NCBI GenBank assembly: GCA_963846075.1
Contig: CAWJUS010000009.1
Location: 85,534 to 149,533 of the forward strand
Direction of reading: 5' to 3'
Source of the DNA: an uncultured Actinomycetes bacterium
GTDB lineage: Bacteria > Actinomycetota > Thermoleophilia > Solirubrobacterales > Solirubrobacteraceae
DNA length: 64,000 nt
The translations under genes were made by a program, and so were the position numbers. This document shows, piece by piece, positions 36,539 through 48,547 of this stretch. Position 1 is the first letter of the stretch. Each line of letters starts with the position of its first letter. The notes under the pieces are model-generated. The model searched no databases. It saw nothing but the letters and a program-made list of their open reading frames with translations, and was not told the origin of the DNA.

Positions 36539-36860
36539 AGCTGTCTCCTATTGTCGGTCGGGGTGGTGTCGAGGTGTCGCTCCAGGTCGTCTAGCCGCTC
36601 GGCCCACATCCGCCGATAAGGCTCGAGCCAGGCGGCGATCTCTTGAAGCGGCTCCGGGCGGACGCGGTAGAGCCGTCGCTGGGCCTCGCCGCGGACCTCC
36701 ACCAGCCCCGCTTCGCGCAGGATGCGCAGGTGCTTGGAGACCGCGGGCTGGGTCAACGGGAGCCGGTCGACGAGGTAGCCGACCGGGCGCTCCGAGTCGG
36801 CGAGCAGGTCGAGGATCTGCCGGCGATGGGCTCGGCAAGGGCGTCGAAGGGAACTGCGAT
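36535..36860 (-). CDS. ArsR/SmtB-family regulator; frameshift near 36828, start codon uncertain
   Basis: FDALAEP-RRQILDLL...TQPAVSKHLRILREAGLV...QRRLYR. Confidence 0.85.
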
Positions 36861-36867
36861 GCGAGAA

Positions 36868-36908
36868 AGTATGCCGCTTCGGCTATATAGCTGTCAAGCT
36901 ATATAGCC
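36868..36908 (-). promoter_or_regulatory. Promoter/operator of the arsR-SRPBCC operon
   Basis: Minus-strand TTGACA (36897-92) flanked by two copies of the palindrome GCTATATAGC; CATACT -10 18 bp downstream. Confidence 0.75.
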
Positions 36909-36928
36909 CCGCCCGCCGAACGCTCAGG

Positions 36929-37879
36929 TCATCTGCCCGAGCTTGCACTCCGGGGCGGCTTGTCGCCGCGCCAGCGCAGGATCTTCGTCCCATGGCGGAT
37001 GCGCCCGCCGCTCGAGTGGTCGAACGTGACCTCCACCACCAGCTCCGGGCGGAGCTCGATCCACTCGAGGTCCTTCTCGTTCTTCCAGCGGCTGGGGTCT
37101 CCGTGTCCGCGGTTACCGGTCTCGTACGGCGCGAGGCGTTCCAGCAGCGCACGCTTCTCGGCCGCCCGTAGCCCGGAGGAGTGCCCAACGACGTGCATCT
37201 TCCCCGCATCGTCGTACAGGCCCAGGATCAGCGAGCCGACGGTGTCCGCTTCCTTGCCCGGCCGGTAGCCGACGATCACCGCATCGATCGTGCGAACGCG
37301 CTTGACCTTGACCATCCCCGTGCGCTGTCCCGGCCGGTACGACGCACCGGCCTCTTTCGCCACCACTCCCTCGCCGGACAGGAGCCACGGCTCTGCCTGC
37401 TCGCGCACGTCCGTCAACGGCGTCAGCTTCACGCTTCCATCCGAGAGCAGTTCCTCCAGCGCCCGGCGGCGCTCGGCGAACGGCTGCGCCAGCAGGGCGT
37501 CGTCGTCGCGGGCCAGCAGATCGAAGGCCGCGTAGCGGGCGGGTGTCTGCTCAGCCAGCATCGCGATCCGCGACGCCGCGGGGTGGATGCGTTGCTGCAG
37601 GGCGCCGAAATCCTGCGTGGGGTTGGCGGGATCGGAGTCATCGTCGATCACGATCTCGCCATCGAGGACGTAGCGGCCCGGCGGGAACGCGAGCTCGGGG
37701 AAGTAGCGGCCCAGCGGCTTGCCGCTGCGCGACTGGATCATCAGCTCGCTGCCGTCGACGAACGCGATCGCGCGGAAGCCGTCGTACTTGGGCTCATACC
37801 GCCACTGCTCCCCGGTTGGCAGCTCGGGCCGCGAGCGTGCGAGCTGCGGTTCGATCGGCGGCTTCAGAGGCAGCGACAC
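36929..37879 (-). CDS. ligC: ATP-dependent DNA ligase, LigC type
   Basis: EPKYDGFR, LDGEIV, LQQRIHPAASR, AFDLL, EGVVAK, MVKVKRVRT, LRWRGDK. Confidence 0.88.
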   Translation of the reverse strand: MSLPLKPPIEPQLARSRPELPTGEQWRYEPKYDGFRAIAFVDGSELMIQSRSGKPLGRYFPELAFPPGRYVLDGEIVIDDDSDPANPTQDFGALQQRIHPAASRIAMLAEQTPARYAAFDLLARDDDALLAQPFAERRRALEELLSDGSVKLTPLTDVREQAEPWLLSGEGVVAKEAGASYRPGQRTGMVKVKRVRTIDAVIVGYRPGKEADTVGSLILGLYDDAGKMHVVGHSSGLRAAEKRALLERLAPYETGNRGHGDPSRWKNEKDLEWIELRPELVVEVTFDHSSGGRIRHGTKILRWRGDKPPRSASSGR

Positions 37880-37939
37880 GACCGGCGATGCTAGCCCCCT
37901 GGGCGGCCGTGAAGCTGCCCGCTACGATCGTCTCGAGCG

Positions 37940-38653
37940 ATGGCCGCCGAGCGCGCAACCACTGCCGAGGAGGAGTATCTCGAGAGCCTCTTCTGGCTGT
38001 ACGAGGCCGGCCTGCCGATGACCGGAGCGAACCTTGCCCGGGCGATGCAGCTCTCGGCACCCACCGTGCACGAGATGCTGGGCCGTCTGGAGCGCGACGG
38101 ATATATCGCCCGCGACTCCCATCGGGAGATCGGCTTCACGTCGCGGGGTCGAGACCATGCCGAGCGCATCGTCAGCCGCCACCGGATGATCGAGCGCTTT
38201 CTGACCGACGTGGTGGGCGTCCCCTGGGATGATGTCCACGAGGAGGCTGAGCGACTCGAGCACGCCATGACTCCGCGCTTCGAGGCCTACGTGCGCGCCA
38301 CGGTGGGCGACGCCAAGACCTGTCCTCATGGCCATCCGATCCGCGTCGGCGAGCGGATCGACGGCGTGCCGCTGGCCGACTGTGAGCCCGGCGCCGAGGT
38401 CACGATCCTGCGCCTCGAGAACGAGGCCGAGGATCTGCTGCACTACCTGAAGGAGTCTGGAATCGAGCCCGGCCTGCAGGGCCGGGTGGCGAGCAACGAA
38501 GACGGCTTTGTGACCGTGCACAGCGATGGGCGCACGGCCACGGTGACGGTCAGCGTCGCCGAGACCGTGTCGGTCCTGGCCGACCCCTCGCCGCCCGCTC
38601 GCATCGCGCTGCCGGAGCAGCTCGTGCTCGGACGCGAGCGCTACGGGCGCTGA
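37940..38653 (+). CDS. DtxR/IdeR/MntR-family metal-dependent repressor with FeoA domain
   Basis: EEYLE, SAPTVHEM, RHRMIERFL, HEEAERLEH, CPHGHPI. Confidence 0.92.
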   Translation: MAAERATTAEEEYLESLFWLYEAGLPMTGANLARAMQLSAPTVHEMLGRLERDGYIARDSHREIGFTSRGRDHAERIVSRHRMIERFLTDVVGVPWDDVHEEAERLEHAMTPRFEAYVRATVGDAKTCPHGHPIRVGERIDGVPLADCEPGAEVTILRLENEAEDLLHYLKESGIEPGLQGRVASNEDGFVTVHSDGRTATVTVSVAETVSVLADPSPPARIALPEQLVLGRERYGR

Positions 38654-38684
38654 GCTGGGGCCGCGGGCGCTACGGGCGCTGAGC
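38638..38684. repeat. 18-bp direct repeat (period 29) duplicating the DtxR stop-codon region
   Basis: GCGCTACGGGCGCTGAGC at 38638 and 38667. Confidence 0.8.
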
Positions 38685-38713
38685 GTCCGTCTCTGGCGGG
38701 CCGGCGGGGAGCA

Positions 38714-39946
38714 TCAACGGCGGCGGTGGAAGCGCCGCCGGCCCGAGATCCACTTGCGAATCTGCTCGTAGATCGCCGGGTGGTTGAGCAGCTGGAAGTG
38801 GTTGATGCCACCCACGTGGCGGTAATGGTCGACGGGAAACGTCAGCTTCTTGCCCTTCTCCCCGCACGCCCAGGCGCTGGGACCTATCACCAGCAGATCC
38901 CCCAGGAGCCTGCCGGAGAGCCCGTCGGGGTCGCGCGAAAGGCTCGCGGAGACGAAGTAGTGGTTGGCGCAACGCAGGAACGGAATTTCCCTGGCCGGGC
39001 GCTTGCCGTAGGCGTCCGCGTCGTAGTCGCGCCAGTCGTCCTCCAGCAAATAGCCGAAACGGAGGTCCTTCACCCCGGCGCTGCGCAGGTTGAGCGCGCT
39101 CGACATGCCCTTCGTCTCCGGCAACATCGCCAGCCTTGCGCTGGCGGCGTTGGCGGCACGCTCGAGTGGAGCGCCCAGGTGTGGGCAGCCGAGCATGAAT
39201 ACGTGCCGGACCTTCGAGACCCAATCCATCCCGGCGCCCTGATGACAGGCGCTGCGGCTCGCGAGTCCTCCCATCGAGTGGCCGATCAGGGCGATCTCAT
39301 ATTGCTCGACGGGCCACGCGGCGGTCAGCTTGTCGAGCAGCTCGGCAAGGTCACGGCCGTTGTCGGAGATGTGGCGGCCGCTGTTGTAGCGGACGTAAAC
39401 AGGTGTGTAGCCGAGCTCGGTTCGCAGGCGGGGACCGTAGGGGACGCACTGGAGGGCGCCCAAGGACCATGCCTCCTCCGTCTCGCACAGACCGTGCACG
39501 AAGACCGCGATCTTGCCCGTGGCCTCGGGAAACGCGGCCTTGACTGCGGGCCTCGTCAGCTCGATTGACCCCCCGCGGCTGCGAACCGACATGCGGATCG
39601 CCAGCGGGCTCCCCCGCTCCTCCAGGCGGTCGCCGAACGCGCCGTTCAGCGCCCCGATCGCCAGCCTTCCCCTCGGAGCTTGCTCCATCGAGGGCGCCTC
39701 GGGATCCCAGTTCAGGCTCACCGCCTCGGCCCCGGCACGAGTGGCTTTGCTCAGTGCACCGCGCACCGTGCCGTACACGGCGTGCGAGACGCCGTCGTGG
39801 ATCAGCTTCACGGGCGCGGCTGCGGCGCCCAGCGAACCCCACACGCGTCCGGCGATCCCCTCGTGCATCTCCTCGATGCGTGCGGCCGCGCCTCCGATCG
39901 CCTCTCCCGCCAGGTCGCCGAGTGCGCGGATCTCTCGCGACTGCAT
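38714..39946 (-). CDS. Alpha/beta hydrolase (PGAP1/lipase-like)
   Basis: VFVHGLC, RYNSG, GHSMGGL nucleophile elbow, PHLGAPLE, NHFQLLNHP; ATG 39946 is 7 nt after TACTGT. Confidence 0.85.
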   Translation of the reverse strand: MQSREIRALGDLAGEAIGGAAARIEEMHEGIAGRVWGSLGAAAAPVKLIHDGVSHAVYGTVRGALSKATRAGAEAVSLNWDPEAPSMEQAPRGRLAIGALNGAFGDRLEERGSPLAIRMSVRSRGGSIELTRPAVKAAFPEATGKIAVFVHGLCETEEAWSLGALQCVPYGPRLRTELGYTPVYVRYNSGRHISDNGRDLAELLDKLTAAWPVEQYEIALIGHSMGGLASRSACHQGAGMDWVSKVRHVFMLGCPHLGAPLERAANAASARLAMLPETKGMSSALNLRSAGVKDLRFGYLLEDDWRDYDADAYGKRPAREIPFLRCANHYFVSASLSRDPDGLSGRLLGDLLVIGPSAWACGEKGKKLTFPVDHYRHVGGINHFQLLNHPAIYEQIRKWISGRRRFHRRR

Positions 39947-39967
39947 TGCAAAAACAGTAAACCACTG

Positions 39968-40010
39968 TTCACTGACGGATTGCACCTATTCACTGACGGA
40001 TTGCACCTAT
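39968..40010. repeat. Perfect 21-bp tandem duplication in a divergent promoter region
   Basis: TTCACTGACGGATTGCACCTA at 39968 and 39989. Confidence 0.9.
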
Positions 40011-40019
40011 GGTGAGCGG

Positions 40020-40799
40020 ATGCTGCTGCGCGATGATGACCGCGGGGTGCTGGTGATCGGTCAGACGTCCCACGCCTGGCTGTCGGGGCAGCTCGCCCGC
40101 GCGTGGGGCAACTCGCGCTTCCCGGCGCCGGCGCCGCGCGAAGAAGTCTGCCTAGCCGCCGAGCAGCACGACGTCGGCATGTCGCTCTGGGATCTGGAGC
40201 CGACGTTCAACCCCCGAACCGGTCTGCCCCACTCGTTCCTGGAGATGCCGCTGGCGACCCATCTCGCGCTATGGAGCGCGGCTCCGCGGCGACTGCTTAC
40301 GCAGAGCCGCTACGCCGCGCTGCTGGTCTCGATGCACGGATCACGGCTCTACAGGCGACGGGAGCTCGACACCCTCGACGAGGCGGATGCAGCGGCGATC
40401 CGGGCCTACCTCACGGCGCAGGATCGCTTCCAGGAGGAGCTTTCGGCCTCGCTCGCCCGCGACACGCTGACGGCTGCGTCGGCCCGCGAGGAGACGGTCG
40501 CGCGCAACAGTCAGCTGCTGTGGACGTGGGATGCGCTCTCGCTGGCCATCTGCCTCGGCGAGCCGTCGGGCTCGGTCAGCGCCGTGCCCATGAACGACGA
40601 CAACAGCGAGGTGCGGCTCTCGGCGATACAGAACCAGCACCGCCTACGTCTCGAGCCTTGGCCGTTTGCCGACGAGGCAGTGTTCGTGCACTGCGAGGGA
40701 CGTCGGCTTGAGCACCACAGCGAGGACGAGCGCACGCTGCACGCTGCGCTCGCCGAGGCACCCTGGGAGACACTCCGCGTCGAGCTGGTGGCGGGCTGA
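40020..40799 (+). CDS. DUF3891-family protein
   Basis: IGQTSHAWLSGQLARAWGN, HDVGM, ALLVSMH, WDALSLAIC, LEPWPF; TATGGT 6 nt before ATG. Confidence 0.75.
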   Translation: MLLRDDDRGVLVIGQTSHAWLSGQLARAWGNSRFPAPAPREEVCLAAEQHDVGMSLWDLEPTFNPRTGLPHSFLEMPLATHLALWSAAPRRLLTQSRYAALLVSMHGSRLYRRRELDTLDEADAAAIRAYLTAQDRFQEELSASLARDTLTAASAREETVARNSQLLWTWDALSLAICLGEPSGSVSAVPMNDDNSEVRLSAIQNQHRLRLEPWPFADEAVFVHCEGRRLEHHSEDERTLHAALAEAPWETLRVELVAG

Positions 40800-40814
40800 G
40801 GCTCTGAGGCGACG

Positions 40815-41919
40815 CTACGCCGCCGGCGCCCCGACGGCTGCGATCTCGGCGTAGGCGTCCGCCAGTCGCTTCACGCCCTCCTCGATCTCCGCTCGGCGTC
40901 ACACCCGAGTAGGCGAGGCGGAAGCTCGAGTCGGCACCCTCGAGCACGAAGTCGGAGCCCTTGACGAACTGCACGCCACGATCGCCCGCGGCCTTGAAGA
41001 GCGCGGCGACATCGGTTCCCCGCGGCAGCTCCACCCACAAGAAGTAACCACCCTGGGGTTCGATGAAGCGAGCCTCGGGCAGCTCGCGGCCGAGTGCCTC
41101 GCACAGCGTCTGCGCCCGCTCTCTAAGCGCCTCCTTGACCGTTTCGATCGACCGCTCCAGCGCGCCGGAGGCGGCGAACTCGTAGACGATTGCCTGGGAG
41201 ACCATGCTCGGCGAGATGTAGGTGCTGGTGGCGAGCTTGGCGATCCGCCCGATCAACTCCTCGGGTCCCACCAGATACCCAACGCGAATGCCGGGACAGA
41301 CGGTTTTGGAGAACGAGGAGGCATACACGACGGTATGGCCGTCGAGCGAGAGGATCGTCGGCAGCTGCTCGCCCTCGAAGCGGAGCGCCACGTAGGGGTC
41401 GTCCTCAAAGATCGTGAAGCCGTGGGCGCGGGCCAGTTCGAGCAGCCGCTCGCGCTTGTCGATCGAGAGCGTGTAGCCGGCTGGGTTCTGGAAGTTGGGA
41501 ATGATGTGCGCCAACTTCGGCTTCGTTCCGGAAAGCAGCACGCGCTCGAGTGCCGCGACGTCGATCCCATCCGGCTCGAGCTCGACCATCCGTACGTCGG
41601 CACCCCGGCCGCGCAGCGACAGCAGCGTACGGTCATACGTTGGCCGCTCCACGATCACCGAGTCGCCTCGGTTCACCAGCGCGTCGAACAGAAATGCGTC
41701 GGCCTGCATCGAGCCGTTGGTGACCAGCACGCGCTCGGGCTCGACGCCATGCTGCTCGGCGATCCACCTGCGCAGCGGCAGGTAGCCGACGGACGTTCCG
41801 TAGGCGGTCGCACCGGCCGGATCGTTGTGGAACGCGCGCTCCGAGGCGGCTCGCAGCCCCTCGACGTCGACGATGTCCAGAGATGGGGCACCGCGGGCGA
41901 ACGAGATCGGCTTCGTCAT
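40815..41919 (-). CDS. PLP-dependent class I/II aminotransferase (LysN/MocR-like catalytic domain); frameshift near 40893
   Basis: ISFARGAP, IPNFQNPAG, EDDPY, SSFSKTVCPGIRVG, GGYFLW; natural end IEEGVKRLADAY in a shifted frame. Confidence 0.88.
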
Positions 41920-41957
41920 CGCGCCCGAAGACTACGGGCTCCGGTCCCTGAACGCTA

Positions 41958-42893
41958 TTAGAGTTCATCCGGAAAGCCGCCGCCAGACGTGCGCGGTGGG
42001 TTTCCGGATGGGCTCTTGCGATTCTCGGGGCCCTCCAACTCGACCTCGATGATCGCTCGGTCCGACCCCTCGTAACCGCGGACGTCGACGCCGTGCACAC
42101 CGGGTAGGGCGGATAGCTCCTGTTCGAACGCGCGCAGCGAGTCCGTGCCCGCAAACGGCCCAGCCGAGATCGTCACCCGGTTCGCCCGCTGCTCCGAGGC
42201 GGTGAACGAAGCTCGCTCATAGCCGTCGAGAAGGTCTCGCGTTGCGGTCAGCAGGCTGGACTGGAGCTCGGCCAGGACATCGACCCGTGGGTCGGAGCGA
42301 AGCCGCGCCTGGCGAAGAGCGTGATGTACGGGCGAGGGGGCGGGAGGTGCGGGCCGGGCCTGCGGCGGCGGTTCGTCGGTCGCGCGGCGGGGGCGGGATC
42401 GGGGGTGCCTCGACCGGGGGCGGCTCGGCGAGCGCGGGGGCGGCTCGGCGGCGTGCGGAGGATCCGCGGCCTGAGGCGGCGGCTCGGACGCCTGCGGTTC
42501 GGCCGCGGGTGGCTGGATAGGGAGCGGCTCAGAAGCTGTCGAGTCAGGCACAGCGCGTTCGGGCAACGGGGCGCGCGACGCAGTTAGACCGGCGATGCGC
42601 GCGTTGCGGGCACGCTGAAGCGCCTCCGCAAGCGGCCCAGAGCGCCCGCGCGGCCGGTCGACCGGCTCGTCGCTGTCGAGCCCGGCCGCGGCGTCCGGCG
42701 CGGGCGGAACGCCAGCCGTGGCCTCGGCGTCCGGCGCGGCGCCCGGCGGTGATGAGGAATCTGCATCCGAGGGGTTCACCGGCACTTGTGTCTCGCGCGG
42801 GACGCGACCGGGAACGAGCTCGGCTTGAATTTCGCGCAGGCGGCGATCGATCTCTTCGAGTCGTCCCGCGACATTCGGCGCCCAGTCGGACAT
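41958..42893 (-). CDS. Hypothetical protein: N-terminal coiled coil, Pro-rich linker, small C-terminal alpha/beta domain
   Basis: From ATG 42893: RLEEIDRRLREIQAEL, EPPP repeats, ISAGPFAGTDSLRAFEQELSALPGV..VDVRGY. Confidence 0.65.
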   Translation of the reverse strand: MSDWAPNVAGRLEEIDRRLREIQAELVPGRVPRETQVPVNPSDADSSSPPGAAPDAEATAGVPPAPDAAAGLDSDEPVDRPRGRSGPLAEALQRARNARIAGLTASRAPLPERAVPDSTASEPLPIQPPAAEPQASEPPPQAADPPHAAEPPPRSPSRPRSRHPRSRPRRATDEPPPQARPAPPAPSPVHHALRQARLRSDPRVDVLAELQSSLLTATRDLLDGYERASFTASEQRANRVTISAGPFAGTDSLRAFEQELSALPGVHGVDVRGYEGSDRAIIEVELEGPENRKSPSGNPPRTSGGGFPDEL

Positions 42894-42985
42894 CGGCGAA
42901 GCGAGCGTACCGCCCTCTGCGGCGCAGCCGTGCATCGATGATTGCGCGACGAACCCGCTCCGCTTCGAGCGAGCACGCGGCGCCG

Positions 42986-43879
42986 CTAGGCCGCGGCCGG
43001 TCCAGCAGCGCCAACCAGCGACACGGCCAGTTCGGCGACGTTGGTCGGCGTTCGCCCGACCTGCACCCCCTTGGCCTCGAGCGCTTCCGCCTTGGCCGCG
43101 GCCGTCCCCCGCGAACCAGAGACGATCGCGCCGGCGTGGCCCATGGTCTTGCCGGGCGGAGCGGTGAAGCCGGCGATGTAGGCGACTACGGGCTTGGTCA
43201 TGTTGTCGGCCACGAACTCCGCGGCGCGCTCCTCGGCATCGCCACCTATCTCGCCGCACATGACGACCAGCTCGGTGTCCGGATCGTCTTGGAACATCGC
43301 CAGCATGTCGATGAAGTCGGAACCGGGCACCGGGTCGCCGCCGATCCCGACGATCGTTGAGTTGCCGAAGCCACGCTGCGCCAGGACGTTACCGATCTGG
43401 TACGTGAGCGTCCCGGACCGCGACACCACTCCCACGTTGCCCTGCTTGAAGAAGGCGGCCGGGATGATGCCGACGTTCGCCTTTCCGGGCGAGAGGATGC
43501 CGGGGCAGTTGGGCCCGATCAGCCGGGACCGTCCGTGATTCTTCAGCGCGTTGAAGACCCGCAGCTCGTCGTGCGCGGGGATGCCTTCGGTGATGGCCAC
43601 GATCAGCTCGATGCCGGCGTCCTCGGCCTCGAGGATCGAGTCGGCGGCAAACCGAGGTGGCACGAAGACCATCGCCGTGTTGGCCTGGGTCTCGGCCACC
43701 GCCTCGTGGAAGGTGTTGTAGACGGGGATGCCCTCCACATCCTGGCCACCCTTGCCGGGAGTTACCCCGGATACGACCTGCGTCCCGTAGTCGCGGTTGC
43801 GAAGCGAATGGAACGTACCCTCCCGGCCGGTAATTCCTGAGACGCAGAGCCGCGTGCCCGAGTCGACGAGAATGCTCAC
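42986..43879 (-). CDS. sucD: Succinyl-CoA synthetase alpha subunit
   Basis: GTG 43879 (MSILVD), GITGREG, IGPNCPG, SRSGTLTY, MGHAGAI. Confidence 0.95.
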   Translation of the reverse strand: MSILVDSGTRLCVSGITGREGTFHSLRNRDYGTQVVSGVTPGKGGQDVEGIPVYNTFHEAVAETQANTAMVFVPPRFAADSILEAEDAGIELIVAITEGIPAHDELRVFNALKNHGRSRLIGPNCPGILSPGKANVGIIPAAFFKQGNVGVVSRSGTLTYQIGNVLAQRGFGNSTIVGIGGDPVPGSDFIDMLAMFQDDPDTELVVMCGEIGGDAEERAAEFVADNMTKPVVAYIAGFTAPPGKTMGHAGAIVSGSRGTAAAKAEALEAKGVQVGRTPTNVAELAVSLVGAAGPAAA

Positions 43880-45016
43880 CGGGCTAGCTCCACCACCTTC
43901 TCGGCAGCGCCATCCATCGTCGTGGGCGACATGGACGTTGGGGAGGTCGGCCTCCGCGAGCAGGCGCCGGCCTTGCTCGTCGTTGGTGCCGTCGAGACGG
44001 ACGACGAATGGAACCGTGGGCTTGATTTGGGCAAAGGCCTCAATCAGTCCCTTGGCCACCTCGTCGCAACGCGTGATGCCGCCAAAGATGTTGAACAGCA
44101 CTGCCTTTACCTTCTCGTCCGAGAGGATTACCTCGACGGCATTGGTGATGGCCTCCGCTTTAGAGCCGCCCCCGGCGTCGAGAAAGTTTGCCGGTGAGCC
44201 GCCGGCCTGTGCGACGACGTCGAGCGTCGACATCACCAGCCCGGCACCGTTGCCCAGGATGCCGATGTCGCCGTCGAGCTTGACGTAGGTCAAGCCGCGT
44301 TCCTTGGCCATGCGCTCCTGGGGATCTTCGGCGGACGGGTCGCGCAGTCCGGCGTTCTCGGGGTGACGGAAGAGCGCGTTGTCGTCGAGCGTCACCTTGG
44401 CGTCGAGCGCCTTCACGTCGCGGTCCGGGGTGACGATCATCGGATTGACCTCGACCAGCGTCGCCTCCTCGGCGGTGAACGCGTCATAGAGCTTGCCCAG
44501 CATCACGCCGACCGGGCGCACGACGTCTTCATCGACCTTTGCCTCGAAAGCCAGACGCCGGCCGTGGAAGTCCTGAAAACCGACGAGCGGATCGACGTGC
44601 AGGCGGGCGATGGCCTCAGGATCCTCGTCGGCCACTTGCTCGATGTCCATGCCGCCCTTGGTGGAGAGCATCAGCAGCGGCGCCTTCTGGGAGCGGTCGA
44701 AGATCACGGACGCGTAGTACTCCGAGGCGATCTCGGATGCTCCCTCCACCCACACCTCATGCACGGTCAAGCCGCGGATGTCCATCCCCAGGATCGCGTT
44801 TGCGTGCTCCTCGGCCTCAGCGCGGTCGTTGGCCACCTTGATTCCGCCCGCCTTGCCGCGGCCCCCGATCTGGACCTGGGCCTTGATCACGCAGGGATAG
44901 CCGATCTCCTCGGCGGCCTCTACCGCCTCCTCCACGCTCTGCGCCGGCCTGCCGGACGGCACCGGCACCCCATGGCGTGCGAACAGCTGCTTGCCTTGGT
45001 ATTCGAGCAGATCCAT
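43876..45016 (-). CDS. sucC: Succinyl-CoA synthetase beta subunit; frameshift near 43915 creates an apparent fusion with sucD
   Basis: MDLLEYQGK, GGRGKAGG, GNGAGL, NIFGGITRCD, RLDGTN; natural end EKVVELAR* in a shifted frame with a GTGA overlap. Confidence 0.95.
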
Positions 45017-45150
45017 CGGCGCGGAATGTATACATCCACGCGACGTCCGGTCGCGCGGGCCGAATCGATCCCTTCCCCTCCGGCATCGCGTAACGATGCA
45101 GCCAGGCAGGCCCTCTTCCCGCGCCGACGCTGTGGCATCATGCCGCGGCC

Positions 45151-45831
45151 ATGGCGATCCCGAAGAACATCACGTTCGTGACCTTTGACGTGTACGGCAC
45201 GCTGATCGACTGGGAGACGGGAGCCTACGACGCGTTCAGCGCCGAGGCCGACCGGGACGGCTTCACGATCGAAAGGGACGAGCTGATCCCGCTGTTCCAC
45301 GAGATCCAGCAGCAGATCGAGGCCGGTTCGTACGAGCTATACGCCGAAGTGCTGCGGCGTACCGCCGTGCAGATCGCCAAGCGGCTGGGATGGCCGCTTG
45401 AGCCCTCTCGATCGGGCTTCCTGCCCGACTCGGTGCAGCGCTGGCGGCCGTTCAAGGAAACCAACTCGGTGCTTCAGAAGATCGCCAAGAAGCACAAGGT
45501 CGGCTTGATCTCCAACATCGACGACAAGCTGCTGGGGCAGACGCGTCGCCACATCCCGATCGACTTCGATCTAGTCGTCACGGCCCAGCAGGTCCGCTCA
45601 TACAAACCCGACCCGGCCCATTTCAACGAGTGTGAGCGCCGCATCGGCGGCAAGCGGGGATGGGTCCACATCGCCGCCAGCTACTACCACGACGTCGAGC
45701 CCTGCCTGAAGAAGAGGGTGCCCGTCATCTGGGTCAACCGCACCAAGCAGGAACTGGAGAGCGGGCAAAAGAAGCCTGATGCCGAGGTCGCCAATCTGCG
45801 AGAGGCCGCGAAGCTGATCGGCGTCTCCTAG
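45151..45831 (+). CDS. HAD-family hydrolase (haloacid dehalogenase-like)
   Basis: TFDVYGTLID, ISNID, SYKPDP, HIAASYYHD. Confidence 0.9.
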   Translation: MAIPKNITFVTFDVYGTLIDWETGAYDAFSAEADRDGFTIERDELIPLFHEIQQQIEAGSYELYAEVLRRTAVQIAKRLGWPLEPSRSGFLPDSVQRWRPFKETNSVLQKIAKKHKVGLISNIDDKLLGQTRRHIPIDFDLVVTAQQVRSYKPDPAHFNECERRIGGKRGWVHIAASYYHDVEPCLKKRVPVIWVNRTKQELESGQKKPDAEVANLREAAKLIGVS

Positions 45832-45864
45832 AGCTCGAGCGGGCCGGTACCGGACGCCGTTACC

Positions 45865-46647
45865 TTGCGCCTGCTAGCGCTACACGCCGACGTCATCGTG
45901 GCCGTCAGCCGCGTGTGGCAGACAACGTGCACGGCGGTCCGCCACGGCGAGGAAGGGTTCCTGATCGACTCGCCCGTCTACCCCGACGAGCTTGACGCCC
46001 TACCCGACGTCCTCTCGCAGGCTGGCTTCCCCGTCTCGGGGCTGCTAGCGACCCACGCAGACTGGGACCACCTGCTGGGGCGTCTCGCGTTTCCGGATCT
46101 CGCCTTGGGTTGCGGCGAGACCACCGCCGCTCGCCTGGCGGCGGAGCCCGGCGCCGCCCAGAGAGCACTGCGCGACTTCGACGACGAGCACTACGTCGAG
46201 GGCCGGAAGCCGTTGACGCTCGGTGGCGTACAGAGGCTCCCCGTGCCCGGCAAGCTGTCAATCGGCTCGGAGCAGGAGCTCGAGCTGCACCCTGCTGACG
46301 GCCACACGGCGGACGGCACAGCGGTCTGGATCCCGTGGGCCGGGGTCCTAGTCTGCGGGGACTACCTCTCGCCGGTAGAGATCCCGATGCTCTCTCCCGG
46401 GGGATCGAAGGACGCCTATGTGGCCACGCTTGCTGGGCTGAGGCCGCTAGTCACTCACGCGCAGAGCGTCGTACCGGGCCACGGCGGTCCCGTCTCGTGT
46501 CAGCAGGCACTGTCGCTGTTGGACGAGGACGTCGCCTACCTTCGGGGGTTGTCGTCATCCGACGCGCTTTTGCCCGGCTCGAGAAACAGCGCCAGGCAGC
46601 GGCAGATCCACGAGCAGAACCGGCGCAGGTTGCGACATCGCGGCTAG
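45865..46647 (+). CDS. MBL-fold metallo-hydrolase
   Basis: THADWDH, GHTADG, GDYLS, VPGHG. Confidence 0.85.
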   Translation: MRLLALHADVIVAVSRVWQTTCTAVRHGEEGFLIDSPVYPDELDALPDVLSQAGFPVSGLLATHADWDHLLGRLAFPDLALGCGETTAARLAAEPGAAQRALRDFDDEHYVEGRKPLTLGGVQRLPVPGKLSIGSEQELELHPADGHTADGTAVWIPWAGVLVCGDYLSPVEIPMLSPGGSKDAYVATLAGLRPLVTHAQSVVPGHGGPVSCQQALSLLDEDVAYLRGLSSSDALLPGSRNSARQRQIHEQNRRRLRHRG

Positions 46648-46673
46648 CGGCCCGCAGTCTTCGCGCTCAAGCG

Positions 46674-48494
<1,821 letters not shown>

Positions 48495-48547
48495 CAGCGC
48501 GGCAGGACTTTAGCGGGGCTCGACGGAACGACCGGTAGCGCTCGTCC

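Noticed and set aside
42986-45016. Apparent 676-aa SucC-SucD fusion in the ORF track
   Set aside because: The junction peptide (HDDGWRCREGGGASP) is off-frame. The normal SucC end (EKVVELAR*) with a GTGA overlap to sucD is present in another frame, so an indel near 43915 explains it.
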